This document shows, in pieces, positions 58,275 through 64,000 of a DNA stretch of 64,000 bases. Made by a program: the position numbers and the translations under genes. This stretch comes from Candidatus Kapaibacterium sp. (GTDB lineage: Bacteria; Bacteroidota; Ignavibacteria; Kapaibacteriales; UBA2268). The stretch's first letter is position 1, and every line of letters starts with the position of its first letter. The notes beneath the pieces are model-generated. The model searched no databases, had not been told where the DNA came from, and saw only the letters and a list, made by a program, of their open reading frames with translations. The stretch spans positions 3,168,001-3,232,000 of the forward strand of contig OY761611.1 of assembly GCA_963664875.1 (NCBI GenBank). The letters are read 5' to 3'.

Positions 58275-60773
58275 CTATATTGATTCGTTTTTTTTAGTTG
58301 CTTTCAAAAGCGGCGTTTCATCACTGTTCCATCTGACAAAAGCATGCTGCAGAGCATCTTCGATTTTCGAAACAGGTATAATTTCTAAACCGTCTTTTAT
58401 TTCTGATGCAATGTCCTCTACGTCTCTTATGTTATCCTCCGGTACAAGCACAGTTTTGATGCCCATACGTTTGGCTGCAAGTAACTTTTCTTTAAGTCCT
58501 CCAATTGGAAGCACATTCCCTCTAAGTGTAACTTCACCTGTCATTGCCACATCGCCGCGTAGTGCTTTGCCTGTCAACGCCGAGATAAGAGCTAAAGTCA
58601 TAGTTATACCGGCAGAAGGTCCGTCTTTAGGAATAGCACCTTCGGGTACGTGAATATGTATTTCATTTTTAGAATTAAAACCGGCTTTGATTCCGAAAGT
58701 CTTGTGATTGGCTCTAATATAAGAAAGAGCAGCCATACCGGATTCTTTCATTACGTCGCCGAGCTTACCTGTCAGAGTTAGCCTTTCAGGGCCTGGCATG
58801 ATATTGACTTCAATAGGCAAAATATCTCCACCCACACTTGTCCAAGCCAACCCGGTAGCTACGCCAACTTTATCGCTTAGGTTTTCGCGTTTATTTTTGT
58901 ATTTCGGAGCTTTTAGATATTCTTCTATCTTAGATTCATCAATCACAAAGGAAGATTTTTTTATCATCGCTTTGAATTCTTTATCATCTTTCAAAGCTAC
59001 ACGCTCTTTGCTGCTACCGTTTTTGCGAACTTTCTCGAAATCGCTTATTACACCTTTAGCAAATTTTCTCAGCACTCCTCCGATTTCTCTTTCAAGATTA
59101 CGGACTCCCGCTTCGCGGGTATATTGATTGATAAGTTTGAGTAATGCCTCATCTTTGAAATCGATGTTAAAGTTATCCAAACCGTATTCCGTAATAACTT
59201 TAGGTATTATATGTCTTTTGGCAATTTCTAATTTTTCCGGTTCCAGATAGCTGTGCAGCTCAATAATTTCCATTCTGTCAAGAAGCGGAAGCGGAATATC
59301 GTACTTTACGTTTGCAGTAGTAATAAAAAGCACATTGGACAAATCGTAATCTATTTCGATATAGTGGTCATTGAAATTGACATTTTGCTCAGGGTCAAGC
59401 ACTTCAAGCAAAGCTGAAGTTGGGTCGCCTCTGAAATCCATAGCCATCTTATCTATTTCATCTAAAAGAATCACGGGATTTACCGTGCCGGCTTTTTTCA
59501 TCGACTGCATGATTTTGCCTGGCATAGCACCGATATATGTTCGTCTGTGTCCTCTGATTTCGGCTTCATCACGCACTCCGCCCAGAGAAAATCTTACAAA
59601 TTTTCTACCAAGAGCTCGAGCTATTGATTTCGCAAGTGAAGTTTTACCAACACCCGGAGGGCCTACAAAGCAGAGGATTTGTTTTTTTAGATTGCCTACG
59701 AGGTTTAGTATTGCTATGTATTCGAGTATTCTGTCTTTTGGTTTATCTAAAGCATAGTGATCTTCGTTCAATATCTCTTTTACATGATCTATATCAAGAT
59801 TATCATCAGTCCTCTCTTGCCAGGGCAGAGCAGTCAGCATTTCGAGATAAGTCCTATTTACTGAGTACTCCGGAGACATGGTAGGAGTTTTTTTGAGTTT
59901 TTCGAACTCTTCCAGTGCTTTAGCTTTTATTTCTTCCGGCATTCCGGCTTTTTCTATCATCTCTTTGATTCCGGCGAGTTCCGGTACTACTTCATCGTCC
60001 TCACCAAGCTCATTTTGCAAGGCTCGAATTTGCTCTTGTATATAGAATTTTTTTTGTGTTTTTTGAATAGTGTCATGAATTTTAGAATCAATTTCATCTT
60101 CAAGTTCGAGGAGTTCGAGCTCAGAGCTCAAAATCGAAGCAAGCTTGAAATATTGTTTTTTGAGGAAACGTTCTTCCAAAATTTCCTGTTTGACTGCAAT
60201 TTTTGATTTAATATTTGCCGCAGCATAATACAGTTTGCGAACAGGATCATCAATATTATCAAATGCCGTCATGATTTCAGGCGGCATGTTGCGATTTGTT
60301 TTGATATATTCGTCAAACAAATCCGTAGTGTGACGGATTAGAGCCTGAAGCTCTTTGTTGTTTTCATTGTATTTGACATCTACTCTTTTGATTTTGGCTT
60401 CGAGGTATTCATCGTGGTTAATCTTTTTTTCGATTTTTCCTTGGAAAATCCCCTCAACAAGCACTTTTAGCAGATTGTTTGGCAGTCTGAGTACCTGAAG
60501 TATTTTGCAGGTTGTGCCGTATTGGTAAATATCTTCAAAACCTGCATCTTCCACAAGCGGATCTATCTGAGACGCTACAAATATAAATTTATCTCTCTCG
60601 ACCGCCTCAGCGACAGCCTTTAGAGAGGAATTCCTTCCAATCAGTACCGGAAATATCATATTTGGGAATATGATCAAATCCCTAAGAGGCAGCACGGTTA
60701 GTTTTTCCGGGATGCTTGTGTTTTCTTTGTCCGTAATTTCCAAATTGTTCAATAAATCTTCTTTTTCTGACAT
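58275..60773 (-). CDS. lon: ATP-dependent Lon protease
   Basis: LPLRD, GPPGVGKTS, RGHRRTYIGAMPG, LLDEIDK, PKDGPSAG (Ser), IGGLKEK (Lys). Start reassigned to the ATG at 60773. Confidence 0.97.
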   Translation of the reverse strand: MSEKEDLLNNLEITDKENTSIPEKLTVLPLRDLIIFPNMIFPVLIGRNSSLKAVAEAVERDKFIFVASQIDPLVEDAGFEDIYQYGTTCKILQVLRLPNNLLKVLVEGIFQGKIEKKINHDEYLEAKIKRVDVKYNENNKELQALIRHTTDLFDEYIKTNRNMPPEIMTAFDNIDDPVRKLYYAAANIKSKIAVKQEILEERFLKKQYFKLASILSSELELLELEDEIDSKIHDTIQKTQKKFYIQEQIRALQNELGEDDEVVPELAGIKEMIEKAGMPEEIKAKALEEFEKLKKTPTMSPEYSVNRTYLEMLTALPWQERTDDNLDIDHVKEILNEDHYALDKPKDRILEYIAILNLVGNLKKQILCFVGPPGVGKTSLAKSIARALGRKFVRFSLGGVRDEAEIRGHRRTYIGAMPGKIMQSMKKAGTVNPVILLDEIDKMAMDFRGDPTSALLEVLDPEQNVNFNDHYIEIDYDLSNVLFITTANVKYDIPLPLLDRMEIIELHSYLEPEKLEIAKRHIIPKVITEYGLDNFNIDFKDEALLKLINQYTREAGVRNLEREIGGVLRKFAKGVISDFEKVRKNGSSKERVALKDDKEFKAMIKKSSFVIDESKIEEYLKAPKYKNKRENLSDKVGVATGLAWTSVGGDILPIEVNIMPGPERLTLTGKLGDVMKESGMAALSYIRANHKTFGIKAGFNSKNEIHIHVPEGAIPKDGPSAGITMTLALISALTGKALRGDVAMTGEVTLRGNVLPIGGLKEKLLAAKRMGIKTVLVPEDNIRDVEDIASEIKDGLEIIPVSKIEDALQHAFVRWNSDETPLLKATKKNESI

Positions 60774-60855
60774 TATCCACCTTTTTTCTGATTGCTGTCT
60801 GTTCTCTAAATAAAATATGTACAAAAAACCTTTCCGTTTTTTGGTGCGATTAAGT

Positions 60856-62157
60856 CTAATAGTCTATTCGTTTTATAGCATAGGAATGACCATCTATAGG
60901 TTTTTCCAATTTATAAGCTATAAACGTAATAATTCTGTTTTTCGGCAAATCTATTTCTCTTACATTCGAAAGAGTGTCGTTGTTCTCATTTCGTAGTGTA
61001 AAGTTATATTTTTCAGCTTCAATTTCCAAAAAGTCGCTTGATTCTTTGCTGTTTACATTACTTATCAGAGAACTCTCAAAATTGAAAAGACTGATGACAG
61101 GAAGATCTGTCATATTAATCAGTCTGATTTTCGATTTGCCGAATGCAGGATAAGTAGTATTATCATCAAAGACTTTGAAGGTATTTGTTTCGCCGTCTTT
61201 GTAGGCGATAAATGTTTTTCTTAAATCTTCGCCAAGATCCAAATCAAAATTGAATACAGAAGTCGTAGTATTTCTGTAAAATACCGAAATGCTGTTTGTA
61301 TTCTTATTGCCGATAATATAATTCGAGTTTTCTGCAAAATTGATGGAAGCGCCTTTGACGCCGTTCACATAAACATCTACACTGTCAGCAGATGACAACA
61401 TATTGACTGCTAAAACTTTCGGTACAGGTTGTTTCATTTCAATATACTGCCCCGGTTCGTCGTTTGAGGAGAGAAATGCTCTTGCAAAAAGAGTCTGATT
61501 AAGATTGGCATTATCCCCAAATAAAGAAATATAATAAACTTTACCTGCTTCGAGATAAATGGGGTCATATTCTACATATACACCGGAGCCGTCTGTTTTA
61601 GTAATTGTAAATTTATGATTGCCCTCATCTAATGCATAGCTGTTAATAATCTCTTTGTTGCCGTAAGGAATACTGTCAAAAAGGATTTCACCGGCTTCGT
61701 TTCCAAGTCTAAAATCAAGTTCAGGAGAGCCAAACACAAAATTAAAGAATCTGATATCCGCCTTAGACGGGTCAGAATTTGCTATGTCAGCGACATAATA
61801 TGTGTAGCTTGTGTCTAAAGTTCTTTTGAGTAAATACAAAGTGTGATGTTTTTTATCTTTATTAAATTTGATTAAGTCACGAAATATAATATTATTCCCG
61901 TTTTTGAATGTATATATGCTTGCTACAGTATCCATTTCCTTATAATTAGTTAAAGATGCATAGGCAATACTCGATTGGAACACTTCATAATCAACAGTAA
62001 GAGAAACGTCCCTATTGTCTATGTCTGCATTCAAAATACGTATATGCAGCATTTGGTCTGCAGACGTAGGTGGCATAGCCGGATCTGTTATGCTACATGA
62101 AACCAACGAACCAACTGCCAGCAAAACGAGAAATATTCTATAATAAATACTATTCAT
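60856..62157 (-). CDS. DUF4397-like repeat lipoprotein
   Basis: Lipobox LVSC; repeated IR(I/F/L)(L/F/I)N beta-sandwich units, VDVYVNG, LEAGKVYYI. Confidence 0.72.
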   Translation of the reverse strand: MNSIYYRIFLVLLAVGSLVSCSITDPAMPPTSADQMLHIRILNADIDNRDVSLTVDYEVFQSSIAYASLTNYKEMDTVASIYTFKNGNNIIFRDLIKFNKDKKHHTLYLLKRTLDTSYTYYVADIANSDPSKADIRFFNFVFGSPELDFRLGNEAGEILFDSIPYGNKEIINSYALDEGNHKFTITKTDGSGVYVEYDPIYLEAGKVYYISLFGDNANLNQTLFARAFLSSNDEPGQYIEMKQPVPKVLAVNMLSSADSVDVYVNGVKGASINFAENSNYIIGNKNTNSISVFYRNTTTSVFNFDLDLGEDLRKTFIAYKDGETNTFKVFDDNTTYPAFGKSKIRLINMTDLPVISLFNFESSLISNVNSKESSDFLEIEAEKYNFTLRNENNDTLSNVREIDLPKNRIITFIAYKLEKPIDGHSYAIKRIDY

Positions 62158-62318
62158 CTCAGAGTTCCTTTTTTTTTATAATATCTATTGTACAAATATT
62201 ATAGACTCGAAAAATACTAAAAAGTGTAAAGACTTTTTTTGCAAAATAACTTATTTCGATGTAAATATTAAGTATTATTTGGATTTGACTGCAATTTGAG
62301 TCAGGTAAACCGAAGAAA

Positions 62319-62507
62319 TTATATCTGGTTCCTTTCTTCAAATCTCGGTATCCTGAGCGGTTTTCTACGTAACGTATAATCAGGAGTTCTTTTAATCTGA
62401 TAAATAATAGCCGGCTTGTTTTGTGAAGACATATATCGATTGTCCGCAGCACTAACTGCAAGAATTGTATAAAATATCAATGCTATAAATATTTTTTTCA
62501 GTCTCAT
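62319..62507 (-). CDS. Small hypothetical secreted protein, translationally coupled to arfB
   Basis: TAATG stop/start overlap with arfB; signal-peptide-like MRLKKIFIALIFYTILAVSA. Confidence 0.45.
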   Translation of the reverse strand: MRLKKIFIALIFYTILAVSAADNRYMSSQNKPAIIYQIKRTPDYTLRRKPLRIPRFEERNQI

Positions 62508-62938
62508 TAGCTTCCAAATATATCTAATTGATTATTATGACGCATTTTTTTTGTATCTGCTCTTCTCTTTTTATCTTCAAGCCGTTTTCTTTTTTGTGCG
62601 GCACTGATTTTGGTAGCCAGCCTCTTTTTGGGAATTTCTACCGCCTTTAAAATAAGAGAGGTTAATCTTGCAATAGCATCTTGTCTGTTTTTTAGTTGAG
62701 AGCGAAACTTCTTAGCTTCAATTATCAGTATTCCTGCCTCAGTGATTCTGTTCTTTGCCAAATCCCTGATTCTTGCTTTTACATCATCAGGCAGAGATTT
62801 TGTGTTAGCAATATCGAAACGCAGTTGCACTGCCGTCGATACTTTATTTACGTTCTGACCACCGGGACCGGAAGACCTGACAAAATCCAACAGTAACTCG
62901 TTTTCGTCTATTTGTATTTCTTTGCTTATATATATCAT
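62507..62938 (-). CDS. arfB: Alternative ribosome rescue peptidyl-tRNA hydrolase ArfB
   Basis: RSSGPGGQNVNKVST, RSQLKNR, basic C-terminal tail. Confidence 0.95.
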   Translation of the reverse strand: MIYISKEIQIDENELLLDFVRSSGPGGQNVNKVSTAVQLRFDIANTKSLPDDVKARIRDLAKNRITEAGILIIEAKKFRSQLKNRQDAIARLTSLILKAVEIPKKRLATKISAAQKRKRLEDKKRRADTKKMRHNNQLDIFGS

Positions 62939-63050
62939 TCGAATATTTTATATCTTAAAAAATAAGTCTAAAAATTTGCTACAAAGATAAGAATGAATTA
63001 TCTTGATGTTTGTAAAATAGCAATTTATATCCAAAAAGGAAGCGAAATAG

Positions 63051-64000
63051 ATGAAATTACTTTATACACTGTTTATATTGCTTTGTGTTGCTGCTTCAGC
63101 CAATGCTCTTGAACTCGAAATCTTTGGTGCTGACGGCAACGAACTCGATATCTCACATATCCGAATCATAAACGCAGAAACAGGCGAACTTGTTGCAGCT
63201 GAACTCAAAACAGATGACAACAGCTATTCTTTTAAGCTTGAAGCTAAAAAACTTTTTATTGAAGTAGATTCACCCAATCACACCAAATATTTCCTTCCTT
63301 TAGAAATCAACAATAATGACGCTTCCATAGAGATTTACCTTGAAGCTGTTAAAATCAATCCGGCTGCAAAAGATGCCAAATTGCTGGTTTATGAATCTGA
63401 GTGCCAAAGACTAATGACTCACAGTATGAATAAGGACAATCAACTGTTTTCTGTGTCTTTTGACAACACACAAGAACCGGTCAAATCAGTTGTTTACAGG
63501 CTTGCTGTAGGCAATGATCTGCTTGTGCCTACAAATGCAGACGGCTATATTTATGATTGCGACAGATTTTATGCAGTAAATAACATTCGTGACAGTAAGG
63601 TCAATGTTGAATTTGATTTAGCAAAATTTCCTGTCTATTCGGAAAGCAAGAAAATCAAATCAGAAAATAATATCGAAAAACAGATTGAATTTTTAAGCAA
63701 AATAAATGTGATTGAAGAAAAAATGGCGAATGCTTATGCTTCAATCTCAGGTGGTAGCACAACTAAAATTACAGCAGATGATTTGCAACCTGATTTTAAC
63801 AAAATCACAAAAATGCTTGCCGAACCTCCCTGCGAGTTCTACAAACAAATCACTTATGCTTCGTATATCAAAATAGCGGGCAGTGCTTTTATGACTGCCA
63901 ATTCAGAGCTGATTGACAAAAAGATACTTGCTGCTGCTATCGCATCTATCGATTTCAAGTCTCCTCTTTGGAAGTATTATATCGGTAGCATGGGTGTCGC
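63051..64000 (+). CDS. Secreted hypothetical protein, runs off the window edge
   Basis: AGGAAG SD; MKLLYTLFILLCVAASANA signal peptide; frame open to 64000 by manual translation. Confidence 0.7.
   Translation, partial: MKLLYTLFILLCVAASANALELEIFGADGNELDISHIRIINAETGELVAAELKTDDNSYSFKLEAKKLFIEVDSPNHTKYFLPLEINNNDASIEIYLEAVKINPAAKDAKLLVYESECQRLMTHSMNKDNQLFSVSFDNTQEPVKSVVYRLAVGNDLLVPTNADGYIYDCDRFYAVNNIRDSKVNVEFDLAKFPVYSESKKIKSENNIEKQIEFLSKINVIEEKMANAYASISGGSTTKITADDLQPDFNKITKMLAEPPCEFYKQITYASYIKIAGSAFMTANSELIDKKILAAAIASIDFKSPLWKYYIGSMGV

Noticed and set aside
62159-62461. 100-aa ORF or programmed frameshift downstream of arfB
   Set aside because: No SD or slippery site evident; the coupled 62-aa ORF in another frame explains the region better.

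Overview
AT-rich bacterial chromosomal window, most likely from an FCB-group lineage related to Ignavibacteria/Ca. Kapabacteria (inference). The basis is a short Bacteroidota-type primary sigma factor, TAnnTTTG promoters, alpha2-type GlyRS and five proteins with T9SS-like C-terminal domains, together with clear Shine-Dalgarno use. Most genes are housekeeping or metabolic: sigma-70 (partial), ctpA, glyQS, tatD, tpl, era, rsmI, ade, rimO, nhaA, rsgA, carbonic anhydrase, comM, FKBP PPIase, lon, arfB. No rRNA, tRNA, CRISPR array or transposase was seen. Most unusual observations: (1) tatD has no stop codon of its own; its last helix doubles as the SD-preceded signal peptide of an in-frame outer-membrane beta-barrel. 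(2) A nested set of non-coding repeats: TIR-bounded MITE-like elements carry different REP-like cargo, and a 24-nt hairpin module sits at different positions inside other repeats. (3) A DUF2946/CruR-like putative metal-sensing arrest uORF precedes a His-rich lipoprotein and TonB receptor. (4) An orphan Rhs toxin-immunity array carries a papain/TseH-like and a colicin-M-like tip plus an empty third slot. (5) RsmI carries a 16-aa Arg/Asp tandem-repeat tail. (6) Several unannotated small ORFs and leader peptides. All family assignments are by eye from motifs; no database search was run.
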